Below, one piece after another: positions 10,904 to 20,343 of a stretch of 64,000 nucleotides of DNA. The DNA comes from Candidatus Thalassarchaeum sp. (lineage in GTDB: Archaea; Thermoplasmatota; Poseidoniia; Poseidoniales; Thalassarchaeaceae): the NCBI GenBank assembly GCA_022449345.1, contig JAKURL010000004.1:19981-83980 (forward strand), given 5' to 3'. Made by a program: the position numbers and the translations under genes. The stretch's first letter is position 1; the number at the start of each line of letters is the position of its first letter. The notes beneath the pieces are model-generated. The model worked only from the letters and a program-made list of their open reading frames with translations, was not told the DNA's origin and ran no database searches.

Positions 10904-11059
10904 TCACGCCTTTCGGCGCTCCATGGCCTTCTTTCGAAGTCCTGTGTATCCGCACTTGCGGCATACACGAACCTTGGTGCCGCGGTGGGTGGCGCTACAC
11001 TTCATGCAGATCCACTTGTTGAGCAGGCGTCTCTCTGCCTCTGGAAAGCGCTGAGCCAT
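10904..11059 (-). CDS. rpl40e: Ribosomal protein L40e
   Basis: [51 protein letters not shown] carries the L40e C4 zinc-binding pattern. The upstream extension in the listed ORF is probably not translated. Confidence 0.75.
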   Translation of the reverse strand: MAQRFPEAERRLLNKWICMKCSATHRGTKVRVCRKCGYTGLRKKAMERRKA

Positions 11060-11128
11060 ACAGGCGCGCCGACCTGACACCCCTTCATAATCCATTCCCA
11101 ACCAATACAGGCGTCCAATAAGCAGTCA

Positions 11129-12523
11129 TTGGCCGACCAATGGTTTCATACACCCTCCATAGAGCACATTACTACGGTGCCTGCGACGGTCGTGCTCGGA
11201 GTCCAATGGGGCGACGAAGGTAAAGGTAAGGCGATAGACCAGCTCGCCTCTCAATCAACTTGGGCTGTTCGCTTCCAAGGTGGCAACAATGCTGGCCATA
11301 CAATCGTAGTTGGCGATACCACTTTGAAGCTCCATCAGATACCTTCAGGTATCACATCTAGACATTGTAATTTGGCCCTTGGTGATGGTATGGTCATCGA
11401 CCCTTGGGTTCTAGATGAGGAACTTTCTCGTTGGGAGGAACTGACTGGAGAGAGACCGGAAGGGCAGAGACTATTCATCAGTGAGAGAGCCAGCGTGATC
11501 TTGCCTTTCCACAAGTATTACGACAGCGCGGACAAGGTGGTTGGGACAACTGGCAGAGGTATCGGTCCAGCATATCGAGACCGTATCGAGCGTGTTGGAA
11601 TTCGTTTCGCTGATATTGAGGAAGTTCTAGCAGACTCAGGCAGTATTGAGGAGACTGTTGCCAGAATGAATAAGCAACTACAGACAGTAGGTTACGACAA
11701 GCAAATCCAAGTGAATGAACTCAGTTCACAATTACAGTGGATTCTAGATCGCTTTGGTAGCGCAATCAAACCGACTGGGCTGATGGTAGATTTGGCGCTT
11801 AGAAATGGAGAGACTGTTCTTTTGGAAGGTGCTCAAGGTGCACTATTAGATATCGATCAAGGAACTTACCCATTCGTCACCTCAAGTGTAGTTGGCAGAG
11901 CAAATGCAACCCATGGTGCAGGCATTCACCCCGGACATATCACAGAATGTTTTGGAATTACCAAAGCATATTGTACACGCGTAGGAAATGGGCCATTTCC
12001 TAGCGAACTTTCACTTGAGGAGGGACCAGGTAAGCACATGGCCCAGATTGGGCACGAATTTGGAACTACAACAGGTCGTCCTCGTCGCACCGGCTGGCTT
12101 GACATCGTTGCTCTCAAAGATGCACATCGACTTAGTGGCTACACCGGGTTAGTAGTTACCAAGCTGGATGTCCTCGGTGGTTTGGATGAAATCAAAATCT
12201 GTATCGGGTACGAATTGGATGGAAAGCCGATTACACACTTTCCAACCCGTTCCTCTGACGTCGAACGGTGCGTTCCAGTTTACGAGACACACCCAGGTTT
12301 CCCAGCCATGGCGGATGATGACTGGATAGAGATGGCAGAACAGAGTCGTAAGGAAGGTACAGGTTACGATGTTATGCCAGATGCGGTTCGCAATATCATC
12401 GACCGGATTGAGGTACTAAGTGGGATTCCAGTAGTATCGGTTGGCGTAGGTCCGGATAGAAGGGCGTCTATCGCAAAGATAGGAGGTCCCTTTGATATCG
12501 AGTGGGACGAGGCAACCTTCTAA
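11129..12523 (+). CDS. purA: Adenylosuccinate synthetase
   Basis: 464 aa. The P-loop GDEGKGK, GNNAGHT, GTTGRGIGPAY and the C-terminal GVGPDR motifs are all present. Confidence 0.9.
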   Translation: MADQWFHTPSIEHITTVPATVVLGVQWGDEGKGKAIDQLASQSTWAVRFQGGNNAGHTIVVGDTTLKLHQIPSGITSRHCNLALGDGMVIDPWVLDEELSRWEELTGERPEGQRLFISERASVILPFHKYYDSADKVVGTTGRGIGPAYRDRIERVGIRFADIEEVLADSGSIEETVARMNKQLQTVGYDKQIQVNELSSQLQWILDRFGSAIKPTGLMVDLALRNGETVLLEGAQGALLDIDQGTYPFVTSSVVGRANATHGAGIHPGHITECFGITKAYCTRVGNGPFPSELSLEEGPGKHMAQIGHEFGTTTGRPRRTGWLDIVALKDAHRLSGYTGLVVTKLDVLGGLDEIKICIGYELDGKPITHFPTRSSDVERCVPVYETHPGFPAMADDDWIEMAEQSRKEGTGYDVMPDAVRNIIDRIEVLSGIPVVSVGVGPDRRASIAKIGGPFDIEWDEATF

Positions 12524-12547
12524 TCGTGGCTTTGCACGGGGTAAGTC

Positions 12548-12838
12548 ATGGGATTCAAGTCCAAGGCCCGCAAGAAGCGTGCAGCGGCAGACGCGGCCGC
12601 TGGCCGAACTGGTAAGGCCAAGAAAGAGGAATTCGTTGGTCAAGTACGATGTAATATCGCTGGCTGTGAAAATTTCGCAGACAAGAAGATTGGAGGCCGC
12701 CGCTTGGCATTCGATCGGGCTGTAGATGTTTGGGGTGAAGATGGAATCGAGGGTCAATCTCGACGCGTATCAATATGCAAATCACACTACCGTGAATGGA
12801 AGAAAGCGACGAAGGACGACTTTGATGAGTGGTCGTAA
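12548..12838 (+). CDS. Small basic protein with a putative zinc-binding C-X4-C...C-X2-H motif (hypothetical)
   Basis: 96 aa. A Lys/Arg-rich N-terminus is followed by CNIAGC...CKSH. GGGGT precedes the ATG. The ORF ends 17 nt before the rocA ATG. Confidence 0.35.
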   Translation: MGFKSKARKKRAAADAAAGRTGKAKKEEFVGQVRCNIAGCENFADKKIGGRRLAFDRAVDVWGEDGIEGQSRRVSICKSHYREWKKATKDDFDEWS

Positions 12839-12854
12839 TAGCGAGGTTCATCAC

Positions 12855-14474
12855 ATGTCCCAACCAACCAATGAACCGATACTCGGATACGCCCCTGGAA
12901 GCCAAGAGAGGGAAGATCTGCAAGCAGAGATTGACCATCAGATGAGCGAGGTTATCGAGATACCTTGTATCATCAACGGGGAGGCGGTCTACACTGGAAC
13001 CACGACGACACAGGTAATCCCTCACAAGCACGGCCACATCATCGCCAATGTACACTTGGCTGGAAGAGATGAGATGGAAGCAGCCTGCGAGGCTGCAGTA
13101 AATGCTCAGGAGGCGTGGATCGATCTGGGTCTCGAGGGCCGTTGCGCAATTTTTGAGCGCTGCGCAGACTTACTTGCGGGTGAATGGCGCATGCGCGTCA
13201 ATGCATCTACTATGTTGAATCAGTCTAAGACGGCTTTTCAAGCCGAGATAGACGCCGCTTGCGAACTAATCGATTTTTGGCGCTTCAATTGTCATTACGC
13301 GCGTGGATTCCACGATGATTTCCAGCCTCTGGTCTCGCCAGCGGGCGTGCAGAACTCCACTGAGATTCGCCCGCTGGAAGGCTTCGTTCTCTCGATTACC
13401 CCATTCAATTTCTCGAGCATTGCAGCAAATTTACCGAGTGCGCCAGCGATTGTTGGCTGCACCGGCGTTTGGAAGCCCAGCCGCAATTCCTACCATTCAA
13501 ATTACGTTCTCATGCAACTGATGATGGAAGCTGGTTTACCAGCCGGAGTCATCAACTTCTTGCCCGGTTCAGGTGCTGAAATCACCGAGGTAGCGTTAGC
13601 AAACCCCAACTTCGCCGGCCTACATTTCACTGGCTCGACGGCGACCTTCCAAGGACTCTGGCAAGAGATCGGTCTCGCCCTTCCGCGACTCAATTCCTAT
13701 CCGCGAATTGTAGGAGAGACTGGTGGCAAGGACTTCGTCGTCGCCCATCCAGATTGCGATCGCCAAGGGCTCGTCGTCGCTTTGCTGCGTGGCTCTTTCG
13801 AGTATCAAGGCCAGAAGTGCTCAGCCGCCAGCCGAGCTTACATCGCTCGCTCAGTATGGGATGAAATCCGCGACGACCTCGTCTCTGAAATCTCCAAAAT
13901 CAAGATGGGCGATGCTCGCGATTTCACAAATTTCATGACAGCGGTAATCGACAAGCGAGCTTTCGAAAAGATTGCTGGCTATATCGACCGAGCCAAGGGC
14001 CGCAACTGCTGCACAGTCATCTGCGGCGGAGGATACAATGACTCTGTCGGCTACTTCATCGAACCAACAATCATTGAGACGACAAACCCAACGAGTGAGA
14101 GCATGGTCGAGGAAATATTCGGTCCAGTCCTCACAGTCTATGTCTACGAAGATAACGAGTTCGACGAGGTTCTAACCATGTGTGACAAGGCTTCACCATA
14201 CGCACTCACGGGAAGTATATTCTCAAGCAGCGAAGAGAATATCCAGAAGGCCTACAATGCACTCCGATTTACTGCGGGCAATTTCTACATCAACGACAAA
14301 CCAACCGGCGCAGTCGTCGCACAACAGCCATTTGGCGGTGCACGTGCAAGTGGAACAAACGACAAGGCAGGAGGACCACTCAACCTTCTACGTTGGATTT
14401 CACCTCGCTCAGTCAAGCGCACACTGGATGTTCCACAGGATTGGACATACCCATTCATGGGCGCTGATGAGTAG
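12855..14474 (+). CDS. rocA: 1-pyrroline-5-carboxylate (L-glutamate gamma-semialdehyde) dehydrogenase, aldehyde dehydrogenase superfamily
   Basis: About 539 aa from the ATG at 12855, with GAGGT 8 nt upstream. It has the ALDH catalytic Cys region (EYQGQKCSAAS) and the Glu region (VGETGGKDF), and its length is typical of RocA/PutA-C. Confidence 0.8.
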   Translation: MSQPTNEPILGYAPGSQEREDLQAEIDHQMSEVIEIPCIINGEAVYTGTTTTQVIPHKHGHIIANVHLAGRDEMEAACEAAVNAQEAWIDLGLEGRCAIFERCADLLAGEWRMRVNASTMLNQSKTAFQAEIDAACELIDFWRFNCHYARGFHDDFQPLVSPAGVQNSTEIRPLEGFVLSITPFNFSSIAANLPSAPAIVGCTGVWKPSRNSYHSNYVLMQLMMEAGLPAGVINFLPGSGAEITEVALANPNFAGLHFTGSTATFQGLWQEIGLALPRLNSYPRIVGETGGKDFVVAHPDCDRQGLVVALLRGSFEYQGQKCSAASRAYIARSVWDEIRDDLVSEISKIKMGDARDFTNFMTAVIDKRAFEKIAGYIDRAKGRNCCTVICGGGYNDSVGYFIEPTIIETTNPTSESMVEEIFGPVLTVYVYEDNEFDEVLTMCDKASPYALTGSIFSSSEENIQKAYNALRFTAGNFYINDKPTGAVVAQQPFGGARASGTNDKAGGPLNLLRWISPRSVKRTLDVPQDWTYPFMGADE

Positions 14475-14592
14475 GTCCGAAGTTTGATTATCCGATTCCC
14501 TTAGGACAATTCAGGGGAGCTTAGTGCTGAGAGGTCATCGAAAGGTGACGACCCTTTGACCTGATCTGGGTAATTCCAGCGGAGGGAGAGAA

Positions 14593-16086
14593 ATGGATAC
14601 GAACATCGCATATGGATTGATGATTGCAACGCTTGGTTTCTTTGGCTATGTCGGATACCAAGCGGCGACAGAAAAAGAACTCGACACCGACGAATATTTG
14701 TCGGCTAGGGGGTCACAAAGTTGGCTGAGAATTGGACTCAGCCTTTTTGCTTCAGGCATGGGCCTTTGGCTGCTGTTTGGCCCTTCAGAGGTAGGATATT
14801 ACGGAGGATTCTGGGAAGTACTTGGGTACGCTATTTCTGCTTCTACACCTTTCCTATTACTCGCATACTTGGGCCCCAAAATACGCTCAATTCTGCCTGA
14901 TGGCGTGACACTGGCAGATTATGTTCGTATACGATTGGGTAGACCTATGCAAATCTACGTGGGCCTCATTTCTATACTCTACATGTTCACTTTCCTATTC
15001 GCTGAATTTACTGCGATTGGTAGGGCAATGAACATACTTTCAGGTATGGAACCATTGTACCCAATCCTCCTAGTGGCCTTAGTGACTGCTGCATACACCA
15101 GTTATGGAGGCTTACCTGCTTCACTACGAACCGATCGCTGGCAAGGTTGGTTGGCCCTATGGTTACTGATTGCCTTACTTTTGATTGTCTTTGGAGGAGA
15201 TGTCAACACCATGATGGAACAAGCCAAGGCACACACGCCAATTCATGCAGAGGAATGGGGTTGGGAACACGGTAGTATCTCTGATTTGAACAAAGATTCT
15301 TTTGAAGCAGGTGTTGCATTAATTCTTGCTATTACGGCAGCCGAGATGTTCTCTCAAGGGAACTGGCAACGCGCCCATGCGGCTGAAAATGATGAGGCAT
15401 TAGTGAAGGGAGCTTGGTTCGCTGCAGCATTGGTATTCCCTTTGATGTTCATAATGGGGTTCCTCGGAACTGTTGTAGCAGGTCAAGGTGCTGTGGAAGA
15501 TCCTTCAGCGGCTTTCTTCTATTTGATTGAAGACGTGCATGTGTTCATCATAGCACTATTTGTTGTTCTAGGGGTCGCGTTGATTTGTTCAAGTGCCGAT
15601 ACATTGCAAAATGCCATCGTTGCTTCAATCAGTCGCGATTTAGCAGATGGGAAAATGGGTCTGAAAACAGCACGCATTGCCACCTTGGCTCTCCTCCCAT
15701 TGGCGATTTTGCTTTCTCTATGGGGTGTCGAAAATGGATACAGTATCTTTGCGATTTTTCTTTTTGCAGATTTGCTAGCGGCTGCAACCGTTCTACCCGT
15801 TTTACTTTCTCTATGGGGACGTGTTGACTCACGTGCTGCATTAGTGGGTGCTATTTCCGGACTCCTTTCAGTAATCGCCTATGGTGTATATGAGCCGGCA
15901 ACCAGTTATGATGGAATTCAACAATATGTCATGTACATCATCTATCCAACGATGGATCCAGTCAATGGGGGTGCGATATCTCCAGTAGATGGTGGCCTGA
16001 CGAATTTGTGGGTTTTCGTATCTGCACTATTGGGTTCTGGCCTTGTCACTGTGCTGGGTTCATACGCTTTGCATGATGAGCAATAA
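14593..16086 (+). CDS. Sodium:solute symporter family (SSF) transporter; possible proline/amino-acid uptake
   Basis: 497 aa with about 13 TM helices. The N-terminal region (YLSARGSQSWLRIGLSLFASGMG) is SSF-like. Confidence 0.7.
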   Translation: MDTNIAYGLMIATLGFFGYVGYQAATEKELDTDEYLSARGSQSWLRIGLSLFASGMGLWLLFGPSEVGYYGGFWEVLGYAISASTPFLLLAYLGPKIRSILPDGVTLADYVRIRLGRPMQIYVGLISILYMFTFLFAEFTAIGRAMNILSGMEPLYPILLVALVTAAYTSYGGLPASLRTDRWQGWLALWLLIALLLIVFGGDVNTMMEQAKAHTPIHAEEWGWEHGSISDLNKDSFEAGVALILAITAAEMFSQGNWQRAHAAENDEALVKGAWFAAALVFPLMFIMGFLGTVVAGQGAVEDPSAAFFYLIEDVHVFIIALFVVLGVALICSSADTLQNAIVASISRDLADGKMGLKTARIATLALLPLAILLSLWGVENGYSIFAIFLFADLLAAATVLPVLLSLWGRVDSRAALVGAISGLLSVIAYGVYEPATSYDGIQQYVMYIIYPTMDPVNGGAISPVDGGLTNLWVFVSALLGSGLVTVLGSYALHDEQ

Positions 16087-16088
16087 GC

Positions 16089-16232
16089 ATGGCAGAGCCG
16101 AACAACCATCCCACAGACAACACCTGTGAGATTCCAACCAAGGTGTTCATCTCTGGTCTCTGCCCTGAGTGTGGTGCTTAGGTGGAATTGGAATGGTCAA
16201 ACTGTCCTGAATGTTCCACACAGTTAGGTTGA
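16089..16232 (+). other. 47-codon four-Cys zinc-ribbon reading frame (CPEC...CPEC) interrupted by one in-frame TAG at 16179-16181
   Basis: ATG at 16089, then MAEPNNHPTDNTCEIPTKVFISGLCPECGA, a TAG, VELEWSNCPECSTQLG, and a TGA at 16230. The second CxxC knuckle is in the same frame immediately after the stop. Confidence 0.3.
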
Positions 16233-16304
16233 GTATATACTAACCAGTCTTCGGCTAAATTGACAATCGAGCCTTTCAAGGACTAATCTAACACTCGGAC
16301 AATC

Positions 16305-17093
16305 GTGCAGTCAGAGCGCATAACGACTCTGTGGGATAGATTACTCTCCCCTTGGCCGTATGTCTGGGTGCTTCCTTGGAAGTATAGAGAAGCACTCGGG
16401 GGTCATCTATTCCGTGTCCTAGTACTTGTATTCGGATTAGCAGTAGTCGCAGTTCCTTATTTTGGAACAAATATTTGGGCGGCTCAAAATGGAGTAACTG
16501 TTTGGGATCCTGAACTTGCGCTCGATCGTCAAATTCCAGTCATAGGTTGGATGATTGCTCCCTACATGGCGCTCTATCTGTTCTATCCTGCTACTCTGAT
16601 ATGCAATCCAATGGACGATAGACATCGGCTTGAACTGATTTCAGGCATTCAGATGTTATCGATAGCTACTGTCTTCTGTTCTGTGATATTTGTCACACTT
16701 CCCGCAGAAGTGGATATGCGGCATCAACTGGATATGGACGCACTTCGTGGATGGGAAGTTACCCTTTTCGAAACGATGCATTTCATGGACGAACCTTGGA
16801 ATGCTTGGCCCAGTTTGCACATCGCCCATTCGTATTTCCTTGCTAGGGCTATAACTCGATGGATACAAGCCTCATACTCAGACTCGACAGGACGCAAACT
16901 CTTCCTGACTATACTTTGGGTAGAGTTTGTCTTACTATCAATTAGCATACTCACTACCAAGCAACATTACGTTTGGGATCTATTCACGGGTCTGCTAGTA
17001 GGCTTTGCAGGTTGGTACGTAGCCGAGCCAGTTTTGAACAAAGTTAGAGACTTGCCCGAAGGTCAAGTGGAACCATATCCGCGCAATCAATAA
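16305..17093 (+). CDS. PAP2-superfamily membrane phosphatase-like protein
   Basis: 262 aa with about 6 TM segments. PAP2-like motifs are WPSLHIAHS (the PSGH-like motif) and TKQHYVWDL (the SRx5Hx3D-like motif). Confidence 0.45.
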   Translation: MQSERITTLWDRLLSPWPYVWVLPWKYREALGGHLFRVLVLVFGLAVVAVPYFGTNIWAAQNGVTVWDPELALDRQIPVIGWMIAPYMALYLFYPATLICNPMDDRHRLELISGIQMLSIATVFCSVIFVTLPAEVDMRHQLDMDALRGWEVTLFETMHFMDEPWNAWPSLHIAHSYFLARAITRWIQASYSDSTGRKLFLTILWVEFVLLSISILTTKQHYVWDLFTGLLVGFAGWYVAEPVLNKVRDLPEGQVEPYPRNQ

Positions 17094-17104
17094 TCAAAAT
17101 CTGG

Positions 17105-19234
17105 CTACTGGTGAACAATGGGTAAGAATGCATTTGCAGCATCCTCACAAGCATTGGCTACATCGTCTAACCTCTGTAAGACTCTATACATGTGGACCGC
17201 AGCCAAAGGATCATCTTGGCCAGTTCGGAATACGAATCCAGCAGCACTACTTTCCACTAGGTCCGCTTCATGCTCAGCCACGTTAACTTCGTGAACTAGT
17301 CTTCCCAATTCCTTACGACCAGCCTTAGTATATCCGGAGAGTGTCAAATCACGCAAGTGTAGGACTGTATCTTCGTAAATCGCAGCAGTCTTCTGAACAG
17401 CGGTTCCCATTTCCATTACCATTTTTCTTGCTTCTTCATTATCGTATAACGGCCGGAATGAGAGTTGTTCTGCAACATTCTGAGCGTAATCTGCAATGCG
17501 ATCTTGTCTGCCCAGCATGTACAGGAATTCATCAGAATTAATCAGCAATTTCCACTCTCTTGCACTCACCTTTTCTCTTAGAGCGTTCTTTATGTCGTCC
17601 GCAACCAACTCAGCATCTATTGTTGCCTGAATTTCTGCAGATGCATCTTCGCCCTTTGTTGCCTTATCTACAGCAGTCAGCATGTGATCAACAGTCACTT
17701 CTACTGCTTCAGCATGCTTGTGGAACAACTCGAACACAGTAGGTTGTTTTGTTCCATCCCCTCCTACATCAGCTAACGCATCCTCGATTACTATCTCCTC
17801 ATCTCTAGTGATCCACAGGACATATGCTACCATGGCAAATGCGATTGGTAATACGACGATTAGATTGATTGCAGTACTTCCCATAGCGACATACAGGGTA
17901 ACTGCTCCGAATCCAGCAGCAGGAAGGCTAGCCACCCATGAGGCGAAAATCTTACCAAAAACTCTGAAATCTACATTTTTGGCTCCACCTGCTAGGCCAA
18001 CTCCAACCACTGCTCCGACTAATGTGTGGGTTGTAGATACTGGGACCGCAAGGAATGGCATTGAGAATACTAGAATTGTAGTAGCCGCACCAAATTCAGC
18101 GGCGAATCCCCTTGTTGGAGTAATATCAGTAATTTTGTGGCCAATAGTTTCCATAACTCTCCACCCCCATGTTACTACACCTATTGCTATACCAGCAGAA
18201 CCAAGCAATATTAGCCAAAGTGGAACATCTACCTTTCCAGCGAGTTCCCCAGGAGTTGAGGTTAACAATTCGAAGACAGTAGCCATGGGTCCGATAGCAT
18301 TGGATCGATCATTTGCTCCGTGCGCGAATGCTACGTAGGCGGCAGTAATGACTTGTAACCAAACAAATATCCTCTCAACACCGTGGAATCCTTCTCCTTG
18401 GAATTCATAATTCCTGAGGACCCAGTATAGAATTAATGAACCAATAATTCCAATGACTAATGCAACCATAATCGCGTTGAATGGAATCCATGCATTTTCC
18501 GCCATTGGGTTCCAAACACCATTTTCTTTGACCGGTAGCCAATCGTACTTATCCGCGATTATACCTTCTCTTTCAAGTCTAGCAATTAGGCCCTTTAGAG
18601 CCTTGAATTGTAAAGCAATACCAAGTACAAAAAAGGTTGGAAGTGCCATAAGTGGGGCCATCCATCTACTTCTTTCAATAGGATTTGGAGCTTCTAAAAT
18701 CGTTGCACGGACAATATAGAATGTGAAGAAAGCAAGCAAACCACCCATTAACGGACTTGCCACCCAAGACAAAACAACTTCAGTCAACTTTTCCCAATTA
18801 ATCAGAGAAGCATCATATTGCACTTCGAGAACTAGTCCGATTCCTACAATTCCTCCAATTATTGAGTGTGTAGTAGATACGGGCAATCCAAATCTAGTTG
18901 CGATTGTAATCCAAATCGCTGCCGCCATCATAGCAGCAATGAATCCGTACATCAGATCATTAGTGAAAGCCGCATTGAAGTAATCCGCCTCTGTATCAAA
19001 GTAGAGTATTCCTTTCCTTACTGTGTCAGTAACGGCATCTCCGGCAAAGAATGCACCCATGAATTCGAAGACTGCAGCAATAATCACCGCTTGCTTCAGA
19101 GTTAATGCTCTTGAACCAACAGAAGTCCCCATCGCATTCGCTACATCATTAGCACCAATGTTCCAAGCCATGTAGGCACAAACGGCAGTTGCAAGAATCA
19201 GGACGAGCCACATTATCGGTTCCATTGCGTCCAC
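17105..19234 (-). CDS. PiT-family inorganic phosphate transporter fused to a C-terminal PhoU-like/DUF47 regulatory domain
   Basis: 709 aa. It carries two PHO4 repeats with GANDVANAMGTSVGS and HGANDRSNAIGPMA signatures and a roughly 200-aa helical C-terminal domain of PhoU/DUF47 type. Confidence 0.85.
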   Translation of the reverse strand: MDAMEPIMWLVLILATAVCAYMAWNIGANDVANAMGTSVGSRALTLKQAVIIAAVFEFMGAFFAGDAVTDTVRKGILYFDTEADYFNAAFTNDLMYGFIAAMMAAAIWITIATRFGLPVSTTHSIIGGIVGIGLVLEVQYDASLINWEKLTEVVLSWVASPLMGGLLAFFTFYIVRATILEAPNPIERSRWMAPLMALPTFFVLGIALQFKALKGLIARLEREGIIADKYDWLPVKENGVWNPMAENAWIPFNAIMVALVIGIIGSLILYWVLRNYEFQGEGFHGVERIFVWLQVITAAYVAFAHGANDRSNAIGPMATVFELLTSTPGELAGKVDVPLWLILLGSAGIAIGVVTWGWRVMETIGHKITDITPTRGFAAEFGAATTILVFSMPFLAVPVSTTHTLVGAVVGVGLAGGAKNVDFRVFGKIFASWVASLPAAGFGAVTLYVAMGSTAINLIVVLPIAFAMVAYVLWITRDEEIVIEDALADVGGDGTKQPTVFELFHKHAEAVEVTVDHMLTAVDKATKGEDASAEIQATIDAELVADDIKNALREKVSAREWKLLINSDEFLYMLGRQDRIADYAQNVAEQLSFRPLYDNEEARKMVMEMGTAVQKTAAIYEDTVLHLRDLTLSGYTKAGRKELGRLVHEVNVAEHEADLVESSAAGFVFRTGQDDPLAAVHMYRVLQRLDDVANACEDAANAFLPIVHQ

Positions 19235-19302
19235 CGCAACGTCAGGAGTACTTCATAGAGAAGTTGCGTAATCTATATAGTAATAATTAGAATCCCCGAT
19301 TC

Positions 19303-20340
19303 ATGCCCATAGGGCCAGGTGAGCAGGACGTCCGCAGACTGCAACTTACGGGCGGTTCGACATACACCATGAGCCTACCAAAACCATGGGTTCTGTCGAA
19401 CAGCCTATCTGCTAGAGACGGCATCCGTGTGGAATGGAGGCCAACCGGTGAGCTTTCCCTGACTCCTCTGGATGTTCCAGAGGAGGTGAAGACGCTCGTC
19501 GAGCTGAATCTGGATGGAATCCCCGAAGGTGCACTCTACGATCACCTGATGGGGGCGTACCTATCAGGAGCCCAGGAGATTTCGACTCACAGCGAGAACC
19601 AGTTTAACCGAGAAACCCGTAGCGAGATACGTAGATTCCTGCGCTCGACTAGGGGATTCGAGATTGGCGAGCAGTCCGAGAGCAGCGTGAATCTGATCAG
19701 CCTTCTGAATGCGGGAGAACTACCTCTCCACGCAAGCCTGAACAGAATGTATCTACTACTATCCTCCCTAGTTCGTGACACCTTTGAGGTCCTCATCGGA
19801 TCCGATGACGAGTTGATATCCGATTTCGAGGAGCGCGAGAGGGAAGTCGACGGCCTGCATTACCTAATCGAGAGGCAAGTCGGGTCAATGTTGGACTCAC
19901 AGCAAGTTGCTAGGTCGCTTGGATTGGGCAGGAAGCAAGGTGTTGAACACGCCAATCTAGCAAGGTCACTGGAGAGGATGATGGACCACGCACACGAAAT
20001 GGCACGTCTGACATTGGAGACCACTCCTCGGCCACGCCTGAAGTCAGACGAGTACCCTCTCTCTCTACTACCAGTTTGTATGGACGCGCTGAAGTCGCTG
20101 ATGATCAACCTGAGAACGCACGATTCCTATCAGATAGAGGAAGCACGGGACTCATTGAAGGCAGCGCAATTGGCCCTGAAAGAGCACGAAGAGAGGCTCT
20201 GGTCCGGTCGAAGGCAAGCCTCCCGCCTTCTGTTTGAGGACAGAATATCTGAATCGATCCGAAGAATTTGTGCCTATTCTAGGGACTTCGGAGAGATTCT
20301 CCTCAATATAATCGCATATGACTCCATACAGCGCCAATAA
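19303..20340 (+). CDS. phoU: Archaeal phosphate-uptake regulator, with an AbrB/SpoVT-type N-terminal domain and PhoU repeats
   Basis: The N-terminal RRLQLTGGSTYTMSLPKPWV is a swapped-hairpin AbrB-like motif, followed by two PhoU-like helical repeats. Confidence 0.65.
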   Translation: MPIGPGEQDVRRLQLTGGSTYTMSLPKPWVLSNSLSARDGIRVEWRPTGELSLTPLDVPEEVKTLVELNLDGIPEGALYDHLMGAYLSGAQEISTHSENQFNRETRSEIRRFLRSTRGFEIGEQSESSVNLISLLNAGELPLHASLNRMYLLLSSLVRDTFEVLIGSDDELISDFEEREREVDGLHYLIERQVGSMLDSQQVARSLGLGRKQGVEHANLARSLERMMDHAHEMARLTLETTPRPRLKSDEYPLSLLPVCMDALKSLMINLRTHDSYQIEEARDSLKAAQLALKEHEERLWSGRRQASRLLFEDRISESIRRICAYSRDFGEILLNIIAYDSIQRQ

Positions 20341-20343
20341 TCG

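Noticed and set aside
16179-16181. Pyrrolysine (amber) decoding as the explanation for the in-frame TAG
   Set aside because: It is not supported locally. No pylT-like tRNA or pylS/B/C/D genes are in the window, and other genes here terminate at TAG normally, for example the symporter's neighbours. It is kept only as a low-probability alternative under the zinc-ribbon finding.
17718-18338. 206-aa plus-strand ORF inside the PiT transporter gene; likewise 8016-8423, 6131-6526, 22067-22510 and 56759-57154 inside other genes
   Set aside because: These are antisense or alternate-frame ORFs embedded in strongly supported long genes. Their composition is P/S/T/R-rich, typical of a shadow frame in GC-balanced DNA, and they have no recognisable motifs.
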